Translations under genes and position numbers: made by a program
Source: an uncultured bacterium
Lineage (GTDB): Bacteria > SAR324 > NAC60-12
Assembly: GCA_965662845.1 (NCBI GenBank)
Contig: CBFIJD010000044.1
Coordinates: 1 to 21,486 of the forward strand
Reading direction: 5' to 3'
Length of the DNA stretch: 21,486 bases
The notes under the pieces: generated by a model
Databases searched by the model: none
Seen by the model: only the letters and a program-made list of their open reading frames with translations
Told to the model about the DNA's origin: nothing
In this document: one piece after another, positions 1 to 8,675 of the stretch
Layout: each line of letters opens with the position of its first letter
Position numbering within the stretch: position 1 is the stretch's first letter

Positions 1-1
1 C

Positions 2-163
2 CAACACCGGGCGCCCCTACACCGCGATCCCCAAAACGGGCGAACAGATCGATCCCTTGTACGGGCGCACTATCCTCTGTACGGGCGCACGGCCGTGCGC
101 CCCTACCCCACGACCCTCAACACCGGGCGCCCCTACACCGCGATCCCCAACACCGGGCGCCCC
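2..163. repeat. Cluster of REP-like repeats: 30-bp direct-repeat units plus a 28-bp palindrome
   Basis: caacaccgggcgcccctacaccgcgatccc occurs at 2-31 and 118-147, with a partial copy at 148-163. Palindrome gtacgggcgcacggccgtgcgcccctac at 79-106 (reverse strand starts GTAGGGGCG). Lies just downstream of the fhs stop. Confidence 0.8.
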
Positions 164-182
164 GCAGCAAGGGGCTTCTCGA

Positions 183-1880
183 TTATGACAACCCCACGAT
201 CTTGCCATGGGCGTCGATGTCAATTTCATGCGCAGCGGGGTGGCGGCCGAGGCCGGGCATGGTGCGGATATCTCCACAGATCGGATAGACGAAGCCAGCC
301 CCAACGGACGCTCGGACTTCTTTGACGGGCAGCGTCCAGCCAGTGGGAGCGCCCTTCAACTCAGGAAATGCCGAGATGGAGAGGTGCGTCTTAGCGATGC
401 AGACGGGCAGGTCGCCAAACCCCGCTGCCGTGTAGCGCGCCAACTGCTGCTCCGCGACCGGTGCATATTCGACTCCAGCCGCGCCATAGACCTTCGTAGC
501 GACCGCCTGGATCTTCTCCTTCAGCGACATTTCATTGGGATAAAGCACCGCGAATTGTGAGGGTTCTTCAGTGGCTTCGACGATCGCGCTGGCCAACTCT
601 GCGGCGCCTTTTCCGCCCTCGGCAAAGTGTCTCGTGACCGCCGCGCGCGCGCCAAACTCTGCCGCGATCTCTTCAATCGCTCGGAGGTCTTCGGCGTGAT
701 CCCCTGGGAACACATTGATCGCGACTACCGGCGAGACGCCGTGCAGCTGCATGTTCTCAAGCTGCTTGCGCAAGTTCGCGCCGCCTTGGTGGACTTCGTC
801 GGGGTTGGCGCGCAGCAACGCCTCGGGCAAGGGCTTTCCAGCCACGATCTTGTGGTTGCCCGAGTGCGCCTTGAGACCGCGCACCGTCGCGACGAGCACC
901 GCCGCGTCTGGAGTGATGCCCGAATAGCGGCACTTGATGTTGAAGAAGCGCTCAGCCCCCATGTCAGCGCCGAAACCGGCCTCTGTGAGCAAAAAGTCGC
1001 TGGTGTGAATGCCGATCAAGTCCGCGACAATCGAGCTGTTGCCGGTGGCGATGTTGCCGAAGGGGCCGGTGTGCACCAGCACCGGCGTGTTCTCCAAGGT
1101 TTGCATCAAATTCGGTTTGAGCGCCTCGCGCAACATCACGGTCATCGCGCCCGCTGCGCCGATCTGCTCGGCGGTGATTGGGGTTCCCGCCTTGGTGTAA
1201 CCGAGGACGATCCGCCCCATGCGCTGGCGGAGGTCTTGGAGATTGGTGGCCAAGGCGAGCGCCGCCATTACTTCCGAAGCGGCGGTGATGTCAAAACCCG
1301 ATTCGCGGGGGACGCCGTCTTGCTTGCCGCCGAGACCCAACGTGATGTTGCGCAACGCGCGGTCGTTGATGTCCACCACTCGTCTCCACGTGATGTTGTG
1401 GATGTCAAACCCGGCCTCGTTGCCATGGAACAAGTGAGCGTCCACCATCGCCGCGCAGAGGTTGTGTGCGGCAGTCACCGCGTGCATGTCGCCGGTCAGG
1501 TGCAGGTTGAAAAGCTCCATCGGTACCACCTGACTGTAACCGCCACCCGCTGCGCCGCCTTTGATGCCAAAGGTGGGGCCCATCGAAGGCTGTCGAATCG
1601 CGATGGTCGCCGAGCGTCCAATGTGCTGAAACGCTTGCCCGAGCCCGACCGTCGTGGTGGTTTTGCCTTCTCCCAGCGGGGTGGGAGTGATCGCCGAGAC
1701 CACGACATACTTCGCTTTCGGGCGCCCCGCCATCCGCTCAATCGCCTCAAGGCGAATCTTTGCCGCGCCTGAGCCGTAAGGCTCCAAGCAGTCTTGGGGA
1801 ATGCCGGCTTGCGCCGCAATCTCAGCGAGGGGTCTCAGCAGGGCTTGGTTCGCAATGGCAAGATCAGAAGGGAGAGGCAT
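183..1880 (-). CDS. fhs: Formate--tetrahydrofolate ligase (formyltetrahydrofolate synthetase)
   Basis: 565 aa. Motifs ITPTPLGEGKTTT, RQPSMGPTFGIKGGAAGGGYSQV, NLHLTGDMHA, TEAGFGADMGAERFFNIKCR and TMPGL. GAGGA RBS before the ATG. Confidence 0.97.
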   Translation of the reverse strand: MPLPSDLAIANQALLRPLAEIAAQAGIPQDCLEPYGSGAAKIRLEAIERMAGRPKAKYVVVSAITPTPLGEGKTTTTVGLGQAFQHIGRSATIAIRQPSMGPTFGIKGGAAGGGYSQVVPMELFNLHLTGDMHAVTAAHNLCAAMVDAHLFHGNEAGFDIHNITWRRVVDINDRALRNITLGLGGKQDGVPRESGFDITAASEVMAALALATNLQDLRQRMGRIVLGYTKAGTPITAEQIGAAGAMTVMLREALKPNLMQTLENTPVLVHTGPFGNIATGNSSIVADLIGIHTSDFLLTEAGFGADMGAERFFNIKCRYSGITPDAAVLVATVRGLKAHSGNHKIVAGKPLPEALLRANPDEVHQGGANLRKQLENMQLHGVSPVVAINVFPGDHAEDLRAIEEIAAEFGARAAVTRHFAEGGKGAAELASAIVEATEEPSQFAVLYPNEMSLKEKIQAVATKVYGAAGVEYAPVAEQQLARYTAAGFGDLPVCIAKTHLSISAFPELKGAPTGWTLPVKEVRASVGAGFVYPICGDIRTMPGLGRHPAAHEIDIDAHGKIVGLS

Positions 1881-2149
1881 GTGGTTCCTCGCGACGGGGG
1901 TTGAAGAAAAGAAGGCTGGGGGAACCGACCGGAGCCAGCGCGCTCACCCACGGCACAGCACACGATCATACAGACCTCGGCGAGACCTGAAAATCAATCT
2001 CTGCGCAGTGAAACACCACCAAGCCATTGACTCGGAGATTCCAAATCAGCAGAAAATCCTCCTTCGAGAGGCGATCATCGCTCCAAGAAGGCACGACCCA
2101 AATATTGCATGATGAATCTTTCAACCAAAAACGTGGATATAGGAGGAAA

Positions 2150-2455
2150 ATGCAGTGTCCAAAATGTGCTTCGCCTAAGATCTCTAAGAATGGAATTCGT
2201 GACAACCACAAACAAAACTATCGCTGCAATGAGTGTGGTCGGCAGTTCGTTGAAAATCCTTCCGGCCACTACCGAATCAGTGAAGAGACTCGCCGCTTAG
2301 TCGACCGTTTGTTGTCCGAGAAGCTCTCCCTTGCCGGAATTAGGCGGACAGCACAAGTCTCCGAGAGCTGGTTGCAACGCTATGTAAAGGAGAAACGTCG
2401 GCAGGCTCTACCAGACGTGGAACCGCAAGACGTGCCTCCCCAAAACAGTGAGTAG
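2150..2455 (+). mobile_element. IS1-family InsA-like protein (zinc ribbon + HTH); no InsB follows, so an IS remnant
   Basis: AGGAGG directly before ATG 2150. MQCPKC...KNG....KQNYRCNECGRQFVENP...LSLAGIRRTAQVSESWLQRYV is the InsA pattern. The ORF ends about where the InsA/InsB frameshift would be, and no DDE frame follows. Confidence 0.82.
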
Positions 2456-2553
2456 CGCCTTCTTGAGGTGATGACTACACCTTGAAGTTTCGGTGGGCTG
2501 TCGTGTTCCCATGGGGCGGGGTTGTTTTTTCGGATAGCGCAGGTTCAGATCCG
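2453..2553. repeat. Left, internally deleted copy of the 11769-12366 region
   Basis: 2453-2529 matches 11769-11845 at 75/77. 2530-2553 is identical to 12343-12366 (24/24). Confidence 0.92.
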
Positions 2554-2578
2554 CCTTGGTTAGAAAACGCTTGTCTCT

Positions 2579-3871
2579 TCAGTGCGTGGGAAGCGGAAAA
2601 GAGGGCTGGAAGGAGGGAGCCATCAGGGCGGCTTCAAAGGGAAACTCGGACAGCAGCTCGATCCCGGTGTCGGTCACCAGCACCTGTTGTTCGAGCTTGA
2701 CGCCTTCGGCTCCGCCGGCTTCGCCAATGTAGCTCTCCACGCAGATGGTCATCCCTGCCTCCAACACGCCGTCATAGCCAGCGTCCGCAAAGTCGTCCCG
2801 GTGATAGAGGTAGGGGTACTCGCCGGTCAGGCCACACCCATGGGCCGACAGGTAGTAGCGGTTGGCCCGGTATCGTTCCGGGATGTCCCAAGCGCGTTCG
2901 GCATATTCCCGAAAGCTCACGCCGGCCTTCAGCAGGCCCATGTTGTGGTAAACCTGCTCCAGCGCCGTTTGATAAAGGGATCTTTGGTACGCGGTGGGGC
3001 GCCCGGGCCCCGAGTGGAAGGTGCGCGAGAAGTCGCTGTAGTAGCCGTGGCACCCGACAACATCGGTATCAAGGGCGACCAATTCGTTTTCGCCAATCAG
3101 GTGGTGAGCCGATTCCTGAAACCAAGGGTTGGTCCGTTTTCCGGCATTGAGGAGCCGGGTTTCGCAGTAATCGCCGTTTTGTTCAATGACGGCTTGATGG
3201 AGAACAGACCAGAGGGCATTTTCGGTCAGGCCGGGGCGCAGGGCGTCCCGGAGCCGAGCCACTGCGGCTTCGGTTGCTCGCAGGGAGGCGCGGATGCACT
3301 TGACCTCTTCGGCAGACTTGATGGCCCGCGCCTGCTCTACGAGTTCCTGGGCATCCACCACTCGGAAGCCCTGCTCCTGCAGCGCGATCGCAGCGCCTGC
3401 ATTCATCCGCTCCAGACCGACCGTGACGCCAGACCCCACCGACTCACGGATCAAGTCGGCCATTTCCCGGGCCCACTCCCGTTCCCGCTTCACCAAGTGC
3501 GGGCCAGCTGCTACAAAACTGGCAGTCCGGGCCGGACGGACCTCATCCACGGTTTCAAAGCCGTCGGCCAGGTGAAGGCAGCCCGTGAACTCAAACAGAA
3601 TGGAGCGGTGTTCGGTCAGAAGGAGGTAGCGCGACGGCGTGTTCCGCATCGAAAACACCTGCATGTTTCGGGTTCCGGTGGCGTAGCGGATGTTGACCGG
3701 GTCTGACAGGATCACGGCAGCCAGGCCCCGCTGGGCCATTTCCTGACGAACCCGCTGCTGTCGGTAGCTCCGGACAGCGGCCAGGTTGATGTCGGCGCTC
3801 TCTGGCGCGTGGTCTAGCAGGGCGATTCCGGACAAGTCGCTTCGTTCGGCATGCCAGTCAAGATGAGCCAT
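2579..3871 (-). CDS. M24 metallopeptidase-fold protein, DddP (DMSP lyase)-like subfamily
   Basis: 430 aa. DPVNIRYATGTRNMQ, ETRLLNAGKRTNPWFQE, DTDVVG..SDFSRT, HGCGLTGEYP and CVESYIGE..GVKLEQQVLVT resemble DddP. The D, D, H, E, E metal ligands are present. GGAG RBS. Confidence 0.85.
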   Translation of the reverse strand: MAHLDWHAERSDLSGIALLDHAPESADINLAAVRSYRQQRVRQEMAQRGLAAVILSDPVNIRYATGTRNMQVFSMRNTPSRYLLLTEHRSILFEFTGCLHLADGFETVDEVRPARTASFVAAGPHLVKREREWAREMADLIRESVGSGVTVGLERMNAGAAIALQEQGFRVVDAQELVEQARAIKSAEEVKCIRASLRATEAAVARLRDALRPGLTENALWSVLHQAVIEQNGDYCETRLLNAGKRTNPWFQESAHHLIGENELVALDTDVVGCHGYYSDFSRTFHSGPGRPTAYQRSLYQTALEQVYHNMGLLKAGVSFREYAERAWDIPERYRANRYYLSAHGCGLTGEYPYLYHRDDFADAGYDGVLEAGMTICVESYIGEAGGAEGVKLEQQVLVTDTGIELLSEFPFEAALMAPSFQPSFPLPTH

Positions 3872-4081
3872 GGTTCAGATGCTCCAAAAAAGGGGGGGGA
3901 TTCTGACTCGTGTTTCGAGAAGGGAACCGGCCCGGCTCCCCCGGAAGGAGAAGGCGGGCGCGGTGACCCGCAGGGTTACTCCCAGCCACAGAGGACGGGG
4001 GACTTGTGGGTGATTTCGTCGAAGGTGACATCCAGCTTTCATGGGGTCAAGCTAACACAGTTTAGACCTGAGGGGAGACAG

Positions 4082-4840
4082 TTACCCCAGCTGCAAGAAT
4101 CCAGCGCTCAGTTCGACCTCCGAACTTTCCATGTATGTCTGGGCTGCCTGCATGTGCTCCGCCATCAAGATTTCTGCGGCTTCCGCATCTCCATTTCGCA
4201 GTGCATGAATCAGCCGAAGCTGATAATGCAGGCCAGCCTCTCGCAACTCCGGATTCGGTCGGTCGTAAATTCGACGGCAGATCGCAAGCTCCTTGAGCAG
4301 ATTTTGCAAGAAGGTACAGAGAAACCCCAACAGGGGATTAGGGCACAACTCTGCCAGCACCGAGTGAAATTCCAACTCCGCTAGGCGTTGCTCGTATTCT
4401 TCGCCCAAGGTCAGCGCTGGGTGGTCGTAGCGCCGAATGGTTTGTTGCAGGCGTTGAAAGTCCTCTTCACTCAACAAACCTGCCAAGCTGGCCGCAAGCT
4501 GGGGCTCCAAGACCTTTCGCAACTCGTAGATGTCATGGATGGTGGGGGAACGGAAAAAGAAGTGATTGCTGAGCAACTCCATTGTTCGCGTCTGCTCAGG
4601 AGCGTGCACAAAGGCTCCCCCACCTGGTCCAGTGCGAGTAATGATGAGCCCTTGCGTTTGCAGTTTCTGCATCGCTTCCCGAACCGTGCTCTTGGAGGCT
4701 TTGAAGAGTTCAATCAATTCTGACTCCCCGGGCAGACGGTCTCCGGGACGCAGTCCCCGCTCGGCGATCCATTCTCGAATTTGATGACTGATTGCGTCCG
4801 GGCGTTTACTGGAACGAGAAGGAGAGGCGGTGTCAGACAT
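4082..4840 (-). CDS. FadR/GntR-family transcriptional regulator
   Basis: N-terminal wHTH LRPGDRLPGESELIELFKASKSTVREAM...GPGGGAFV. C-terminal FCD domain (ELRKVLE, FHSVLAELCPNPLL, MAEHM). Confidence 0.93.
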   Translation of the reverse strand: MSDTASPSRSSKRPDAISHQIREWIAERGLRPGDRLPGESELIELFKASKSTVREAMQKLQTQGLIITRTGPGGGAFVHAPEQTRTMELLSNHFFFRSPTIHDIYELRKVLEPQLAASLAGLLSEEDFQRLQQTIRRYDHPALTLGEEYEQRLAELEFHSVLAELCPNPLLGFLCTFLQNLLKELAICRRIYDRPNPELREAGLHYQLRLIHALRNGDAEAAEILMAEHMQAAQTYMESSEVELSAGFLQLG

Positions 4841-4863
4841 GGTCTTGCATTGTTGCGTGGGAA

Positions 4864-5835
4864 TTAATTGAGGGGGAAGTGGCAGGCAACTTGGTGCTCG
4901 CCGTCAATCGATAAGGTCGGATCGGTCGTCTGACAACGTTCTTCTGCATGCGGACAACGTGCAGCGAAGGCGCAACCTGACGGCGGCCGGTAGGGATCGG
5001 GCAGTTCTGCCGGCGCGCGCAGCTTCCGTTGACGACGTTGCCCCGGGATCGGTGCGCTGTCGAGCAAAAGCTTTGTGTAGGGATGCGCGGGCGCAGAGAA
5101 GATCTGACGTTGGGAACCTAGTTCCACAATCCGTCCAAAATACATCACGGCAACCCGGTCACTGACTCCCTCAACGACCGAGAGGTCATGGCTGATAAAC
5201 AGATAGCTCAGTTGAAACTTCTCTTTCAACTGTGCCAACAGCTGAAGTACTTGCGCCTGGACCGACACATCCAGTGCCGAGACCGGCTCATCCAGCACCA
5301 GCAATTCCGCCTGAGCCGCCAAGGCTCGCGCGATCCCAATTCGCTGGGCTTGTCCCCCTGAAAACTCATGAGGGAAACGCTCCAAAAAACTAGGTTCCAA
5401 GCGTACCGCTTCCAAAAGTTGCTTTAGTTCTTGGGCTCGCTCCTGCGGGTTCATCTCTCTCAGCAGCTTCAGCGGAGTCTCTAAGGCTGTGCGAACAGTA
5501 TGTCGTGGATTGAGCGCGCTGAGGGGATCTTGGAAAACATATTGGACTTGACGCGCCAGCGTCCTCCGATCCTGAGCAGCGAGCGACGAGACCTCTTGAC
5601 TACGGAAGCGGAGGGACCCCTCGGTGGGCTGATCCAGTCCACAAACCAGCTTGGCTAGTGTAGATTTGCCGCACCCCGACTCTCCGACGACTCCTAGCGT
5701 CTCTCCTCGGAACAAGTCCAGATTGACTCCCCGCAGGGCCTGAAGCACAGGCCGCGCAGGGCCTAATCCTCCCCATGTTTGGCCTCCACCGAAATGGCGT
5801 TTAACGCCTTTCACTGCCAGCAGTGCTTCGTTCAT
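4864..5835 (-). CDS. Oligopeptide/dipeptide ABC transporter ATP-binding protein (DppF/OppF-like)
   Basis: GESGCGKST, FSGGQAQR, LDEPVSALD, HPYT and C-terminal GCAFAARCP...VACH. Start placed at ATG 5835, which overlaps the upstream stop (ATGA), rather than at 5910. Confidence 0.93.
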   Translation of the reverse strand: MNEALLAVKGVKRHFGGGQTWGGLGPARPVLQALRGVNLDLFRGETLGVVGESGCGKSTLAKLVCGLDQPTEGSLRFRSQEVSSLAAQDRRTLARQVQYVFQDPLSALNPRHTVRTALETPLKLLREMNPQERAQELKQLLEAVRLEPSFLERFPHEFSGGQAQRIGIARALAAQAELLVLDEPVSALDVSVQAQVLQLLAQLKEKFQLSYLFISHDLSVVEGVSDRVAVMYFGRIVELGSQRQIFSAPAHPYTKLLLDSAPIPGQRRQRKLRAPAELPDPYRPPSGCAFAARCPHAEERCQTTDPTLSIDGEHQVACHFPLN

Positions 5836-7718
5836 GACATCGTCTCTAGCAGGCAGCGGACCTGTTTCTGCCGACCAATCTCTCGCAGAGGGATGGCTCC
5901 CAGCTGGCACTCTGGTGTGGCTTGGTCACACCGCGCTGCAAAGGCGCACCCTTGGGGTAGATGGTTGAGAGAGGGCGGGAGCCCATCTAGGGGTGAAAGC
6001 CGCCGCTCAGGCTCCCCCAATTTGGGCGCGCTGGCGAGGAGTTTGCGGGTGTAGGGATGCTGCGGAGCCTGCAACAGTTCTTGGGTTGGGCCGACTTCCA
6101 CAATTTGCCCGGCATACATCACGGCCACCCGGTCGCAGAGTTCGGAGACCACGCCGAAGTCATGGGTGATGAAAAGCAGGGCGGCTTTTCGCTCTTGTCG
6201 TAATTCGTCAAGCAGGGCAAGGATCTCCGCTTGAACCGTCACGTCCAGCGCCGTCGTTGGTTCGTCGACAATCAGGATTTCCGGATCATTCGCCAAGGCC
6301 ATCGCTATACTGACCCGTTGTCGCATTCCTCCCGATAGTTCGTGAGGATAGGCCTTAGCTCGTTCGCTAGAGTTGGGGATACGCACCAAATTCAGCAGCT
6401 CCACCGCTCGGTTCCAAGCCTCCGCATGCGAGAGCGCCTGGTGGCTGCGAAGGGCTTCCACCAGTTGACCTCCCACTCTATGCAGCGGATGCAGCGTACT
6501 CAAGGGATCTTGGAAGACATAGGCGACCCGACGACCGCGTAGTTGCCTCAATTCTTCCAGCGATGCTTCCAGCAGATCGCGGTCGTCCAACAAGACCCGA
6601 CCATCTCGAATGATCCCTGGAGGAGAAGGCGTCAGGCCCAACAAAGACAAGGCCGTGACCGACTTGCCGCTCCCCGATTCTCCCACCAGCCCCAAACACT
6701 CCTGTTGATGCAGCGTAAAACTGACCTGCCGCACGGCTTGAAAGCGATCTTTTCCAAGCTGAAAATCGGTGGTCAGCTGCTGTACCGACAGCGCCTCTTC
6801 TTCTGACATGGGAACCGCAGAAGATGGCCCCTTGCTGCGATCGACTTGGGTCCGTGCTGCCGGTCGGAGTAGCACTCCGGAGCGCAAGCGAGGATCCAAC
6901 AGATCGCGGACTCCATCTCCAACCAAGTTGATGCTCATCACCAGCGCAAAGATCATCAGCCCGGGGATCAAGGAGACGTGAGGCGCGTTGAAGAGGAGTT
7001 TGCGGCCTTCCCCCAACATGGAGCCCAAATCGGCTGTGGGGGGTTGGGCTCCCAATCCGAGAAAGCTCAGACCCGCCGTCTCCAAAATCATCCAGCCCAC
7101 AGTGGTCGACATCGTGATCACAATCGTGGGGAAAACGTTGGGTAGGACTTCGGTGAGGAGGATGGTCAACTCTGTCTTGCCTGAGAGGCGGGCGGCAGCA
7201 ATGAACTCTCGGCGACGCAACCCAAGCGTGACTCCACGGATATTGCGTGCAAAGAATGGAATGTTCACTAAGGCAATCGCATAGAGAGCATTGAGCAGTC
7301 CCGGCCCCAAAACCGCAACGATCGCCAAGGCCAGCAGGATGTACGGAAAGGCCATCAACAGATCAATGCCTCGCATCAGCCAATGATCTGGCTTCCCACC
7401 CCAAAACCCGGCGATTAGACCAATCGTCGAACCAATCAACGCGGCAATCAAGGTCGCAGAGAGCCCCACCGCAAGGCTGACCTGGGTTCCCCAGAGCAAG
7501 CGGGAGAGCAGATCTCGCCCTAGATGATCGGTTCCCAGCACAGTCTCTGCTTGGAGGGGACGAATCAAACGTTGGGCAAGCTGGGTTTCATCCGGATTGG
7601 CCAAGGGGAGCCAAGGAGCCGCGACTGCGGTTGACACAATCACTCCGAGCAGCAACAAGCCGATCACCGCGAGGCGGTTGTGCAGGAAGAGTTGCCAGTT
7701 GCCTGGACGACGGCTCAT
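5832..7718 (-). CDS. Fused ABC permease + ATP-binding protein (DppC-DppD-like)
   Basis: N-terminal half: LGTDHLGRDLLSRLLWG, EAA-like loop EFIAAARLSG, AGLSFLGLG. C-terminal half: GESGSGKS, LSGGMRQR, DEPTTALD, HPYT. Confidence 0.93.
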   Translation of the reverse strand: MSRRPGNWQLFLHNRLAVIGLLLLGVIVSTAVAAPWLPLANPDETQLAQRLIRPLQAETVLGTDHLGRDLLSRLLWGTQVSLAVGLSATLIAALIGSTIGLIAGFWGGKPDHWLMRGIDLLMAFPYILLALAIVAVLGPGLLNALYAIALVNIPFFARNIRGVTLGLRRREFIAAARLSGKTELTILLTEVLPNVFPTIVITMSTTVGWMILETAGLSFLGLGAQPPTADLGSMLGEGRKLLFNAPHVSLIPGLMIFALVMSINLVGDGVRDLLDPRLRSGVLLRPAARTQVDRSKGPSSAVPMSEEEALSVQQLTTDFQLGKDRFQAVRQVSFTLHQQECLGLVGESGSGKSVTALSLLGLTPSPPGIIRDGRVLLDDRDLLEASLEELRQLRGRRVAYVFQDPLSTLHPLHRVGGQLVEALRSHQALSHAEAWNRAVELLNLVRIPNSSERAKAYPHELSGGMRQRVSIAMALANDPEILIVDEPTTALDVTVQAEILALLDELRQERKAALLFITHDFGVVSELCDRVAVMYAGQIVEVGPTQELLQAPQHPYTRKLLASAPKLGEPERRLSPLDGLPPSLNHLPQGCAFAARCDQATPECQLGAIPLREIGRQKQVRCLLETMS

Positions 7719-8662
7719 GGCTGCAACCTGGGATCCAACAGGTGCTGTGCTAGGTCAGCCAACAGATTGAAGAGCACATAGCTGGCCGCGACCACCAAGA
7801 CTCCACCCTGTACCAAGAGTAGATCTCGGGTGGAGATGGCTTGAACCAGCATCCGACCAATGCCCGGCCACTGAAATACGGTCTCAATATAGACGGCCCC
7901 ACCGAGTACAAAACCAGCCTGAATGCCAATTACCGGGATGACATTGACCAGAGCCGCGCGAAAGGCATGATGCAGCGTCACCCTCCGCTCAGTGACTCCC
8001 TTGGCGCGCGCGCTGCGCACAAAATCCTGCCGCAGTACTTCCAGCATGCTGGCGCGCGAGAGACGGGCAATCACTCCCGTAGCGACAATCGCCAAGGTCA
8101 CGGAGGGCAACAGCAAATGCAGCAACAGATCGGGCAGATCTCCCCCTCCGTAAATGGCGTACATCCCACTCGCTGGCAACAGACGCCAATTCACAGCGAA
8201 GAGGAGGATCAACAGGAGCCCGAGCCAAAAAGAGGGAGTAGAGATGCCAACTAGGACCAGCAGGGTGATCAACCGATCTGTCCAGCCAAACTGACGAACT
8301 GCCGAGACGATTCCAGCCAACAAGCCAAAAAAAGAGCTGAGGAGCAAAGAGGCTCCGGCCAAGATCAAGGTCGACTGAAAACGTTCGAGCACTTCATCCA
8401 GAACCGGACGGTTCAAACTGTAAGAACGGCCCAGATCTCCTTGCAACAGGTTTCCAAGCCAAGCGAAATATTGTTCCGGCAGCGATTTGTCGAGTCCCAG
8501 GTCCCGGTTCAGTTTGGCGACATTCTCGGGGGTCGCATAGCTCCCCAAGATGGCCGTGGCCGGATCACCAGGAATCAGGGCCAGCAAGCCAAAAACGATG
8601 ACGGTCAGGCCTAGAAGAATGGGAACCAGCGCCAACAGGCGCTGGAGGGTGTAGCGAAACAT
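7715..8662 (-). CDS. Peptide ABC transporter permease (DppB-like)
   Basis: PGDPA, LQGDLGRS, TPSFWLG, ARAKG loop, ETVFQWPGIG and LLDPR. ATGA overlap with the downstream gene. Confidence 0.95.
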   Translation of the reverse strand: MFRYTLQRLLALVPILLGLTVIVFGLLALIPGDPATAILGSYATPENVAKLNRDLGLDKSLPEQYFAWLGNLLQGDLGRSYSLNRPVLDEVLERFQSTLILAGASLLLSSFFGLLAGIVSAVRQFGWTDRLITLLVLVGISTPSFWLGLLLILLFAVNWRLLPASGMYAIYGGGDLPDLLLHLLLPSVTLAIVATGVIARLSRASMLEVLRQDFVRSARAKGVTERRVTLHHAFRAALVNVIPVIGIQAGFVLGGAVYIETVFQWPGIGRMLVQAISTRDLLLVQGGVLVVAASYVLFNLLADLAQHLLDPRLQP

Positions 8663-8675
8663 GAGGGTCGACTGC

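Noticed and set aside
1..163. CRISPR array
   Set aside because: The 30-bp units abut or are irregularly spaced without unique equal-length spacers, there are no cas genes, and a REP origin explains them better.
1881..2000. ZTP or THF riboswitch upstream of fhs
   Set aside because: I could not find the conserved motifs by eye on the minus strand. An Rfam/Infernal scan would settle it.
627..3706. Long plus-strand ORFs 627-1772 and 2582-3706 (also 9306-10193 and similar)
   Set aside because: Antisense shadows of well-supported GC-rich genes, with no recognisable motifs.
2579..3871. Assigning the gene symbol dddP
   Set aside because: The proposed catalytic Asp is replaced by Gly, so the function is not assured.
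3886..3899. A6/G8 homopolymers next to the M24 gene RBS as a phase-variation switch
   Set aside because: The tracts are short and non-coding, with no evidence of length variation.
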